NCBI GenBank assembly: GCA_015680685.1
Contig: MNCI01000273.1
Location: 90,324-154,323 of the forward strand
Source of the DNA: Gnetum montanum
Lineage: Eukaryota; Plantae; Gnetophyta
Reading direction: 5' to 3'
Length of the DNA: 64,000 nucleotides
Below the pieces are notes generated by a model that was given only the letters and a program-made list of their open reading frames with translations, made no database searches and had not been told where the DNA came from. How positions within the stretch are numbered: position 1 is the first letter of the stretch; every line of letters begins with the position of its first letter. This document shows, one piece after another, positions 1 through 12,058 of the stretch. Made by a program: the position numbers and the translations under genes.

Positions 1-1818
1 TAGAAGTAGGATTATTAGTATAGGTAATATTATAGGATCTACCATGACTTATCTATGACTAACTAGATATTCCACCTTGCATGCCATTAGGAAGTAGGAG
101 CTACTATTGTTATTATTGGAAGCTTGGTTGGTATAAGTATTTGAAGTAGGTAGGTATTTTTGAGGTATTATCATTGAGGTATGCATTTTATAAGTAACAA
201 TTAGGTATTAATGTCATCTTTTATTACATTAGAGTAGGAAGATTACATGGAGTAGCACAATAAGGATTTGAAGCTTGTCATCATTGCTACTATTGCATGG
301 GCTACGAATAAGCACCACCAATATAGTATGAATGGCTTGGGTATGGAATCATTCATGTTTACCTATTGATGAAATTGGGATTTAAAGGTATCCTATATTA
401 TACCATCTCACCAATCATGTGACCCATAACTAGATAACACTATGAATCATGAGAGTCTACATAGTATTCAAATGGATCCTTATATTCAGATGATGATGAG
501 GAAGATCCATTGGGATATCCTTGAATACTTTTAGAGTGGGAGATATTTCCTTTATAATTATGATGATATCTCTTTCTCTCTTTATATGGTGCAATAGCTT
601 TCACTATAGCTTCAACCATCTTACCTTTAATATCCTTGAGAGTAGTGGTAATCTCAAGGATATTAAAGGTAAGATGGTTGAAGCCAATATTTAAGTCTAT
701 CAAGGTCTTATTTATTCTAATATAATATTATGTTCAAGCCTCAAATGTAGTAGGAGGTTTAGTGACACCTTCAACATTTTTGGACTCTCAACTATATGAT
801 GAATCATGATTGTAATCCTTAGCTAATTGTTGCTTTCCCCATTCATCTTCCATGCTAGTAATGGTACTAATAGTGCTTTGATTTGGGCCATAAATGTTTT
901 GTACATATGGATGATCATGTACATGTTCATATGCTCTCTTGTTTTGTACCTTAACTCTTCTATAATATGCATCAATTGCTTCCTTTGGTGAAAACCATGG
1001 TTCACAAAACAATGAGCACTTTTCATGTACCTTTTCATGGTGATGTTGAGAGGCTCATAGTCCCCTTGCCTTCATTTGGCCATTTCCTTCTAGATGTTTG
1101 AAATTTAGACATATCTTTAAAATTTTTTATAGAAGATCTTGATCATGTCTACCCATATTTGATTTAATTAAGGAGGTAAATAATTATACCAACTTTCTAC
1201 ATGTTTAATGAAGGTGAGTGAAAACAACCATAACTTCTTCTAATCACTCATGATCCCTTGGATATGGAAAGCTCTGTCAAAGGCTTATGCATGCATTTGG
1301 AGATCATCACTGATATACCTTCTATATATGGATACATCAATAATGTTAATTCACTTGATTCTACTATCACAAACATGATTTCTTAGAATATGTACATCTA
1401 TCATCTACTGGTAATAATCACTCCAATCAAACAAATAAATATCATCATTGCCATTGACATGTATAGAAAAATGCAAATGTTAGAAATTGGAATAGAGATC
1501 ATCATGTTGAGCTATAGTTTAGGTGAATTCCCTAACCATGGATCTTGATGATGGGCTAGCCATTTAACTTTCTTATTTTCTATGACATCTTGCTTCTCAT
1601 TTAAATGATCATATGAGAAGATACAATCAACCTCTTATTTTACTACTTGATCTTGAAGACATTGCATTTTAAAGGACTCATAATCACCAAACATGGACTC
1701 ATGGTCCTTGTACACCATACCCTAGACTCATATTAAATAAGGCATCATAAGGTCATTTGCTGTAGCCACCACTAGGTTCCTAGAGAACTAGCCATGAGAA
1801 TCTCTTTGTCTTTCCTAC

Positions 1819-2680
1819 TAATGAGTGGAGAGGTAGCCCTAAACTCAATCATATGAATATAATCATATATGCATGATTAGGTTGAACTCTACGGATGGAC
1901 TAGTTGTGGCACCTAGACAATTATATGTTGATTGTAGTTTGCAATCTTCCCACATGGACTAGTAGTAGCTTTTTCATGTATGGTTTAGTCTAGAGTGAGG
2001 CATAAGATTTTTATTATGTTATGTTTTATTAATTTGATCAGCTAAAACAAGAATAAATGTGAGAGTAATTAAGTGCAAAGTAAATTATTGCCTAATCTAG
2101 CCTAACATAAGTAACCATTCCATTTTCTGGACACATCTTGAACTTTGAGAAACACTGCTGGGATATCAAATGCTAATCAGTTCTAAACTACCAAGTGTCA
2201 CATGTATGTTCAAAGGGGTCATGCTTGTGTGTTCTAATTAGTGTACTAATTAATCAAAACTAATTATTGAATGAATAACATTAATGTAAACTACATGAAA
2301 TCATGATATATATAAATGCATAAGAAAGAGAATCTTAAGTGCTGCAAGGTGAATCAAAGAGATCATATTTATTTCCAACAAAAATATGTTCAAGTACATC
2401 AATGATTAAATCAAGATCTAATCACACTTAGACTTCCTACTATAGGGAGTTGGAAAATATTCTAACTCTCATATGAACAAACTGCAAGAGTTTCCCTACC
2501 TGGTTTCCAAAACTACCCCTAAATCGTGTGCCCAAGGGCTATATTTATAGGCCCAAGAGTAACCTTGCGATATTGAATGTATGATATCACATATTGGGCT
2601 ATGATATCGTGTACCCGATATCATGTACCAGATATCATGGCCATCCCAATATTGGAGCTCATGTAAAACAAAATTCATCA
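1819..2680 (-). repeat. 3' LTR of element D
   Basis: Colinear with 7290-8150 and abuts the PPT. Terminal TG appears mutated to TA on the + strand. TATA-like rc CTATAAATA near 2540. Confidence 0.92.
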
Positions 2681-4699
2681 TACCCCCACAACTAAATGAA
2701 AACTCATCCTTGAGTACAGAAGAAGAGGAACAAGTTCTTTACAAAATATATTAGGAGGTATGGACTATTTGACTGACATGCAAAGTAAGATAGAGAAAAT
2801 AGACAAATATAGAAGTGCCTGAGCATAAAATATTATAATTGTGTATAAAATTGGTGTTCATGACAATAGGAAAGAACACCAACAGATCCAAATGACATCC
2901 AACCCCTCTAGGAAATATAAGAATAAGGGAGAGGTAGAAGAGATCTAGTGGTCATGAAAAATATCCCATAAGTGATATGGTTGCATCCTCCTTGGTAACA
3001 ATAGTCCCACTTCTAGTCCATGCTTTCCACTACAATCACAAAAAAACCAAAGATTAGTATATATAGTACAATAGATAATGGTTGAATACCTTCTCTCGTC
3101 AATGATTTTATTTAGCCACATTATGATTGTGATAGATTGGTTGCTTAATATTGTTAGTGGAAAGACTGATGAATGGGTTAAGTAAGCGAAGCGATCCATA
3201 CAATTTAGAAAAAGCTTAACACAAGGAATATTGGAACAAGTGTATTCACAATAATAAAAAGGATTTCACTACAAATAGTTGTGAAGGTGCACACAATTGG
3301 ATGACATAGATGGGGTAAATAAATAAATAAATTTTGATTGTAATAATGTCTGAGGATGAAGAACTTAACTTAACCTAACCAAAAGATATGCAAGTGGGTC
3401 CTCACCAAAGTAGGCACCGGTCTTTTATGCCTAAGCATAACTTCAAACCAAGAATTCCTTGGGCTTCATGGATGATTAATGGTTATGGAAAGTTAAGTAC
3501 AAAAACCCAAAAGTAACTGATTGAGAAGCCTGAAACATCAAACTAGAACATTGAATCAAAACATGAACCAACAGTGAGGTGAGGCATGAAAAGCATAGAT
3601 GGATGACAAAGAAAATGGTATGGAGTTCCTAATTATGGTCACATGAAATCCCTTGTGAAGTTTGTGATTAAATGACTTGGTAGGATCCATCCTTAGTTGA
3701 GACCAAAACCAACCACTTTCAATAACTTCACATTGACATTCTAAGGCTAGTCCATCCCTTGAGATACAAGAATTCTTCTACAAAGCAACCATCATTCCAG
3801 ATTGGGGAGAAAGTAGGAAGTAAGAAAGGGCCTTAGTTAGAGGAGGCAAGACAAGTCCTATAACCAGTGCTTGTAGCTTTTTTACTTGGTCTAAGGGATG
3901 TGCTTTGAATTCCCATGTCCTTTTTTGAATGGGAACCACACCAAGTAAACACCCATGCATTCTTTCATTTATTTTGTCCAAGGGATGTGCTTTGAATCCT
4001 CATCTCTCTCTCTCTTTTCTCTTTTTTTTCCTTTTTTTTCTACTTTTTTTGATGAGGACCACACCATTCAAGGACTTATTTGACTTCCTATTGTGGAATG
4101 ACACGGAATGGTGAGAAGCTCATGAGAACACTACCACACATAGGAAAATAGAAAAGAATGAGGAATAATGCATCCCTTTGAAGCCACACCTTGTCTGAAC
4201 CTTTGATCCCTTCCCAATTCTAGAAACTACACTAGCCACAAATTTATTAAAGTTGCATTAATGAAGAAGGGACTGCATGTTTCCAAAACAAGGAAAACCA
4301 TAGATTATGTGGATGGGTTGATGGTGTGGACTCACTACCTATTACATGAAAAGAAATCATGTCCCAATCATCAATAATGACATTGAAACTCAAAAACTAG
4401 ATATTAACAATCAAATTACAAATGAAACATACCACCCTCGAGTAGCACATTACCATTGCACCTGACATCTTATTAGTAGAAAGAGTAGAGAAACATATCA
4501 AACACAAGAAGATATATAAAAGAAAGTAAAAGATTATGCAATAAATATCAAATATATTAACGATGGTGTAAAACAAAAACTTAGAAAAGATCAATATCCT
4601 GGAAAACAAAAATATGTAAAACAAAGAATATGAAAACAAAAATTTGTAAAACCAAAAATGTGTAAAAAAAAATTTAAAAAAAACTTAAGAATCCTAGAA

Positions 4700-7230
4700 A
4701 TTAGAATGAGGGGTGACCCCCACACATAAAAACCTTGGTCATGACTAGGATTAATAAGTGGATGAATAGGATCCATGCATGTATGAAACGTTAGGGGTTC
4801 ATCATGCCCTAGCCACTGGGTGTCTATTGGTGTTATGGTGGCTAGGTAGAGAAATCGTTGATCACACACTTGATTATAAAAAGCATAGTGAGGTAGGTTA
4901 GATGATGTGTGTACATTATGAGGAAACCTTGACTAGATGGTAGCATGTATAGATTTGTGTGTCCCTTCACATTGGTGAATTCACTAGATGTTGAAGTGTG
5001 AGGTGAAGGCCTAGGTATGGTGATAGGGGCTATTGATGGGGGTAAGGAAGGTGTGGCACTAGGTTTTCCTTGGCCTATTTTAGAAGGTGAAGTAGATTCA
5101 GAAGTATGATTCTTCTTCTTACGATCATGTCTAAATAAGGGAAGCTTTCCATGTTGCGGAGGGAACCTACTTCCATTAATAGTAGTAGCACAAGTTACAT
5201 TCATTGGTTGACATGGTGGTGTAGAAACATCTAATGGAAGTGTAGAAGGAGATGAAGGATGATAATACCAAGGGTGAGGAGGAGTGTGAGAGGTATGAGG
5301 TGGTGATCCATCAGGAGAAGACATAGGTCAATGGTACTTGGGAGAGTGATAACAGTAATTGGAAGTAGAGGATTTAGAACTAGTTGGAGAAATAGGATGT
5401 TGGACATAGTAGGCATTTGGGTTTTGTCAATAGGAAGGATGTGGCTGACTAGATGGTGGCCTTTCCCATGCCTGTGAGTTTTGCCACTACGGTGGAGAAA
5501 AGTGTTGAGGCTGGTAATATTTCACCTCACGATAGTATAATGGATCATGGGGTTGTCCATACTTACCTTGTGGAAAAGGGATGTGCCTAAATCAATACCT
5601 TTGTATGAATTTTTGGTGCAGCCTCCCTGCCCAATGCTCCTATAGATGTCGCAAGACTGGGTAGCAACCCTTTGGATGATCATATAAACAAACCTCACAT
5701 CCATCCTCATTATCTATAGTTGAGCCTTTGGCCTCATTACCATTAGTCATACTCCTTGGTTACTAAATAGTGTCCTTAACTATTTCTAATTTCTATGCGC
5801 TATATTTGTTTTGATTGCTAGGTTTATTTTGGATGATCCTCTCCCTAATAGTATCTTCTAAGTTCACACTTTGTTCATTTTCCCATGTGGTCATCTTGTT
5901 ATGCTTCACCTCAATTTCATCTATTCATTTCTATATTGGCAAAGGTTGGGACTGTATCACCCTTTCAAAATTACTTGTTTCCTTTTCATTGTGTCTTTGG
6001 ACCCTTGTTATTTCTAGAGTTGGATCCTGCTCAAATGCTATGGCATTCTCCCATTTAGATAATTCTCTCTCTTCTTTTTCTAGACACTCTATTAGTTCTT
6101 TGACCTGTTGGCCTTGGAGCTTATATAGTTGTCCTTGGACATACTTTCCAAGGTTCACCCTTGTTTCATTTCTAAGACCATCTATAATATGGAGTATTTT
6201 CTCTTTCTTGGAGAACCTATGACCTAGACATTTATTTACTAAGGCATAGTATCTATCCAAGGTTATGTCTAAGGGTTCCTATTATTCTTGTTTCCATCTT
6301 GAATTTGTCTCCTCAAGGTAGACACTTGTGCATAAGTCTAGTATCTTTTAGTGAAAATTTATAGCATGGTTGACCATTGTCTGATCGAATTTGATTCCAA
6401 TGATCTATACCACACTTTGGCTTTATCGATTAGTGTGCTAGGAAAGAGCTTAATATATTTTCATTTAGTTTCCACATTGTTGAGCATACAAGCATCATGG
6501 AAGGCTAGTAAATGATGTTGTGGATCTGAATCATAGCCTCCTAAAAATTTTAAAATATTATTCAAGTTGAGCTTAGGTAGTTGACTCTTCTTCTGATGCC
6601 TGTGAGATATCTTAATAGCCTCTATGATGTGCATTAGGCTTTTAGGGACTAATATGGGTTTATTATCATCATCAGATAGGTGGTGATTAAAATATCTATT
6701 TGATCGATGGTGACAATGGGACTTGTATTCATGTTGATGACCTTGAATATGTTCATGGGTTTGATTTTTATTTTACTCTAACCCTTTCATGGAGATCTAT
6801 CTTTATTCCTACGTTCATCTTCATTAGAACTAGATGTTGAAGTTGAGGTGGAAGATGAAAAGGAGGAACTGGTAGGACAACCATGGCTTCTATACTGTTC
6901 CTCATGGTCCCTTGGTTTATCATTTCTAAGTACTGAGAAGGTCTTAGGCCTTGAGTCCTTTCCTAGTTTAGGATTGATGTCATCTCCTTCAAGATTTTCT
7001 ACCTTAGGTAAATGTAGTCTTTGAGTGTTGTTAGGGTGGTCATGGTCATGAAGAACCCCTTCATAAGATGGATTGCTCCAATATTTTTCATTGTATACTT
7101 TGTTAGTTCTCCAATGAATAGTTGTGCTATGTAGTTCATAATCATTTCCACGTAAGTGAGAAATTGTTATTGATTTGTAGTGTGTGTTTGAATAATTTTT
7201 GAAAGATATATTGTTAATACCATTTTATAG
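4700..7230 (-). pseudogene. gag: Decayed gag of element D (retrotransposon gag domain plus Pro-rich C-terminus)
   Basis: Minus-strand translation LPKLNLNNILKFLGGYDSDPQHHLLAFHDAC...KLFPSTLIDKAKVWYRSL..NSI fits Retrotrans_gag. ORF fragments 5931-6260 and 4842-5324. Stops and frameshifts present; boundaries approximate. Confidence 0.85.
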
Positions 7231-7289
7231 AGATCTTGTATGATATAACTAATCTAGATAACTAGCACCATCCTCAGCAATAGTGCCAA

Positions 7290-8150
7290 TGATGAGCCAC
7301 GAGGTACTACACTCAACCATACAAATATGAGCATGTATGCACGATCCAGTCAAACTTCATAGATGGATTAGTTATGGCACCTAGATAGTTATATGTTGAT
7401 CATAGTTTGTTGTCTTCCCACTTGGACTAGTAGTAGCTTTGTTACATATGGTTTAGTCTAGAGTGAGGCATAACATTTTTATTATTTTGTGTTTTATTAA
7501 TTTGATCACCTAAAATAAGAATAAAAGTGAGAGTAATTAAGTGTTATGTAAACTATTTCCTAATCTAGCCTAACACAAGTAACCATCCCCACTTTCTAGA
7601 AACATCTTGAACTTCGAGTAACATTGCTAGGCTGCCAAATGCTAATATCTTCTGAGCTACCAAGTGTGAGACATATGTTCAAAGGGGTCATGCTTATGTA
7701 TTCTAATTAGTTTCTTAATTAATCAAAACTAATTACTTAATGAATAATATTACTATAAATTACATGAAATCACGATATATATAAATGCATAAGAAAGAAA
7801 ATCTTAAGTGCTGCAAGGTGAATCAAAGAGCTCATCTTTATTGCCAACACAATGGTGTGTTCAAGTAAATCAATGCTTGAATAAAGATCAAATCACACTT
7901 AGACCTCCTGCTGCAGGCACTTGGAAAATATTCTAACTCTTAAATGAACAAACTGCATGAGTTTCCCTACTTGGTTTCCAAAACTACCCCTGAATCGTGT
8001 GCCCAAGGGCTGTATTTATAGGCCTGGGAGTAACCCTATGATATCAAATGTACAATATCGCATCTTGGGAAATGATATTGAGTACCCAATATCATGTACT
8101 CGATATCGTAGCCACCCCAATATCGAAGCTCATGTAAAAAAAATTCATCA
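7290..8150 (-). repeat. 5' LTR of element D
   Basis: TGATGAG...TTCATCA. Abuts the PBS and is followed by TSD CCTAC. Confidence 0.92.
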
Positions 8151-9079
8151 CCTACTTATCTTAATGTTAAGCAAGCACAATTGGTGGAAAGGTCTTATGT
8201 TTTGAATGCTCAAAGATAACAAAATTCCTTCATCTTTTTGGTACATTATTAGAGGCCTTTGATGAGCTCTTGGCATTATCTACCATTTCTCTTATGTTCA
8301 CAACCTATGCACACAACACTAAAACACACATTTGATTTGAATAATAATTAAAATCAAGAATGTATAGTTATTTTTGGATAATTAAAAAACAAAATCCTTG
8401 GAAATGTTATAATGATAGGATCTCACCCATTTTGGGCCAATGGGATATATCATACAAATCATAGTGTGATCCAATCATAATCTTCAAGGATGATGTTGAG
8501 TGGATTACTAAGAAGACTCATGTGTATCATTATATTTAATAAATATAAAAGATATTATAATACATATGATATGAATAGAAACCTATGTTGCAATGGTGTA
8601 AGATTGAGAAAATGTTTATAATTTTTTGTTTTATAATTTTTATGGATTTTATTCTTATAAGAAACAAACAAACAATAATAAACACACACACATTACAATA
8701 CCACCTAGTGATAGTAGAAATGTTCATGTTACAATCCCTCAAGGAATAGGTGCAACACCACATGTACACACATAAATACAATATAAACAAAATGGCTCTT
8801 AGTCATAACCTTGATGACTCAACATAATGAATTACAGATATGATCTCCTTGGGTAAGGTTGAATCATCATAGCTTATGAAAAGAAGAAATGAATAAATAT
8901 TTTTATGGATTTAATATTTTATAAATTTTTTTGATTTTAATGTTTAAGTCATTAATAGTGAAAAAATGAGGAAAAATCATAAGCTTTATTCACCATGCAA
9001 TCACTGGACCCCACATTGATTGAATGGTTTTGAGATACATAAGCATGGTGGTGCTCTGATAGAGTCTAGCCATACTTGT

Positions 9080-10136
9080 TGATGAGTGGCGAGGTACCTC
9101 TACACTCAACCATACGAATACAAGTGTGTACGCATGATCTGGTCGAACTCCACAGACTAAATGCCTTAACGCCACAAGAAACACTTGGGGTTAATCATTC
9201 GTTGTCTTCCCAGGCTTGCTTGTATGTCTCATGGTGTATGGTTAAGCAAGTTTGAGGTATATGATTTTTTTGGTATTTCTTAGTTTATCTCCTAAGCTAT
9301 GAGGGAGAGGCTTGAGAAACTAACTAACTCTAACTAATGTCCTAAGTCTAAATTAACTAGCGTCAGCATCCGTTCCCACTTACTGGACACACCCTGAACT
9401 ATGCAACTGTGGCTACTAAACGCTAATCATTACTGGGATCACCACACGTAACGCAAGTGCTCGAAGTGGTCATACTGAGGCACCTATTTAGCCTAAGTGT
9501 GATAAGTAGCCGATTCCTTGGCTAGCTGTACACACCCGTGAGTGCTCGTAGCCAAGTCGTACTTATCACACGTTCTAGCCTAGCGATGAGTAGCCGATTC
9601 CTTGACCAGCCGTACACATTGGACTACTATTGGGATTGCCAAGCGAAAATCCTGGAATATGCTACTGGGTTATCAAGCAGTGACAATGCTCATAATCAAG
9701 TCGTACTCACGCGTTGCGATGAGCAGCCGATTCCTTGATTAGCCGTACACACCCGTAGGTGCTCGTAATCAAGTTGTACTCGTGTGCACTAGAAAAGCAA
9801 TAAATAACAACAAAATAAAACTATGTACCACAAGGTTTATCCAATCAAGTTCATATTTATTACCATACACAACTTGTGTTCAAGTTACAAAGTTGCTCAA
9901 ATAAAGAGCCGTTCACTCTAGGACTCCTACTGTGGGCACATGGGAAATTAATCTAACTCTGGAGTGTTCAAACTGTCAGAGCTTCGCTACTTCTAGCCAA
10001 GATTGGGAAATGAAGGGAGTGCTACCTCTTATTTATAGATATGGTGGTAGACCTCGATATTGTGTACGTGATATCGCATGGAGAGACGTGATATCGCGTA
10101 CGCGATATCGCAACTTGTGCAATCTGCGTCTCATCA
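9080..10136 (-). repeat. 3' LTR of element A (1057 bp)
   Basis: Direct repeat of 15323-16427. TATA-like rc CTATAAATAAG at about 10028-10038. Poly(A)-like AATAAA (rc) near 9857. Confidence 0.95.
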
Positions 10137-10172
10137 TACCCCCATGACTGAATGAAAACTTGTCCTCGAGTT
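10137..10172 (-). promoter_or_regulatory. Polypurine tract with upstream CTCGAGGAC motif (element A)
   Basis: rc AACTCGAGGACAAGTTTTCATTCAGTCATGGGGGTA immediately before the 3' LTR. The same block occurs in B, C and D and resembles the Athila GAGGAC...TGGGGG PPT context. Confidence 0.85.
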
Positions 10173-12058
10173 CCTTACAATGATATCAGGTAGGTATGGG
10201 ATTATTAAGGTAAATGAAACTAATGGAATGACATGTGAACGGTTCATTATTACAAGACTTGGCAAACTGGTGTTCGAGACAATAAGCATGAACACCTTAT
10301 TACAATGACATCAGGCCACATTTGGCAGCTGAGAGAAAAGAGGAGAGAGAATAGAAGAGAAGAAGAGAGAAGAGTCTTGTTGCTGCCAACGCCTAGATTG
10401 CGCCTTTCGTTGTCCATCTGTAAGCGCATTATCAATTCCACTCCTTGCATGCTGCTTCAGCGCTGCTCCATTCCAAGTGTCTGCTCCAGATCCATTCTGT
10501 TGTTGTATGATTGCCATCTGCACACACAACACCATCATATATTAGCAAGGGTAATTGAATCATTAAGTAAAGCATACCTTGCTTCGGTTTAGGTTCCTTG
10601 GCTAAGTTGTGGTATGGCTGATATGGATCTAGGAAAATGTAGATGATGACTACCGAAGGCATAGGGGTTAGGAAGAAAAACGAAAAAATCCGGGGCTTAG
10701 GATAAAAATCGAAAAATCAGGCCCCGTACCCCCATGACTAATCGCGAACCTCCGGTAGCGTTAGAATGGAGAGAGAAAAGGAATAGGAATGATAGGTAAA
10801 AAGGGACAACTATGGCATCGATAAAAAGGATGTCATGATGGAAATGAACAAAAATGTTAATTAATTGCAAAACGTTAAGGAAAAGAAGTTAACTAATGTT
10901 CCAAATAGGAATGTCAGTGGGTCCTCCCCAAAGCAGGCTCATGCCCTTAATGGCCTGACAATCCCACATGCAAAGAGTCCATAGGCTCTGGAAATTTCCT
11001 TTGGAACAAGAGTTAAAGTCTTAACAGTAAGAATTTACCAAAAAGAAAACAATGCATCAACCAAAATATATACACTAATGATACAATTAGCAATGAGTTG
11101 AATAGTGGAGAGAAGGGTGGAGAGAAGGGAAGTGGAATGGAATCCCAAGAACAAGGTGGTGTACAACCCCTTGTGTGTTTTATGATAAATGTGACTTGGT
11201 GAATCTCATTCCAATTCTGGCTCAAACCAACCACTTCCAGTGACTTCGCATCAATGCATTTGGTTAAACCATCCAATTGGATAACAAGGATGCATCTTCA
11301 AAGAGACACCACCATTCCAACGAAACAACGGAGAGAATGGGAAGTGAGAAGGGCCTTAGTTAGAGGGAACACTTTGGTTCCATAACCAGTGCTTGCAGCC
11401 CAAATTTTATTTCGTCTAAGGGGTGTGCTTTGAATCCTCACTTTGGTTTTTTTTTTTTGTGTTTTGTGTTTTTATGTGCAGGGACCACACCATGCAAAGA
11501 CTTCTTTATTTTTATTGTCTCAACTTCCGAAGAATGGGTAACATCAGAATGGTAAGAAAACTCAAGAAGAAAACATCCAAGCACCCAAGTGAATGACCAA
11601 CACAAGAGCACCAAGTTCCCTTGAAGTCATACCCTTTGCAAGCCTTGAGTCCGTCCTTAGTTTGAGAAATACCCAGTCACCAGTTCGTTAAAGTTCTTAT
11701 TAGAAAAGGGGACTATACATTTCCAAGCCAAGAGAAACCATAGACTCTGGTGGATGGATGGATGAAGTGATCTCATTGCCTACCATATCAAAAGAAACAT
11801 ACCTTAGTATTAACATTGGAACTTAAAGGTAAAAACCAAACATTAGCAATTAATGAAAAATAGTTCATCCCATCGGTCTAAACACTTATTGGGTGATGAA
11901 CTTACATGGTGGATAACACACACACACACATAAAAAATAGAAAAGTATAACGATGGTATAAAAAAAAACATCAAAAGTTAAAGAAAGTTGTAAAAAAAAT
12001 GTGTAAAACAAAAATGTTGTAAAACAAAAACCAAAAAAGAACTGAGGGCCCCATATGG

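Larger units (their letters stand above)
1819..8150 (-). mobile_element. Element D: complete non-autonomous Athila-like Ty3/gypsy LTR element (gag only; no PR, RT, RH or INT)
   Basis: Direct-repeat LTRs 1819-2680 and 7290-8150 (T(G/A)ATGAG...TTCATCA). 5-bp TSD CCTAC at 1814-1818 and 8151-8155. Decayed tRNA-Asp PBS at 7271-7289. PPT (rc AGTTGTGGGGGTA) at 2681-2693. Gag remnant inside. Confidence 0.93.

Noticed and set aside
1-1813. Minus-strand Pro/Ser-rich coding-like remnant, perhaps an old gag N-terminus
   Set aside because: Too decayed, with no diagnostic motif, so it was not annotated.
9497-9787. CRISPR-like repeat-spacer array
   Set aside because: The repeats are halves of hairpin modules inside a eukaryotic LTR. 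The 'spacers' are not unique and there are no cas genes.
9360-9787. Hammerhead or hairpin ribozyme (retrozyme)
   Set aside because: No CUGAnGA/GAAA core in the right topology. The GUC and GAA lie on the same strand in different loops, unlike hairpin ribozyme loop A. An unknown ribozyme class is not excluded.
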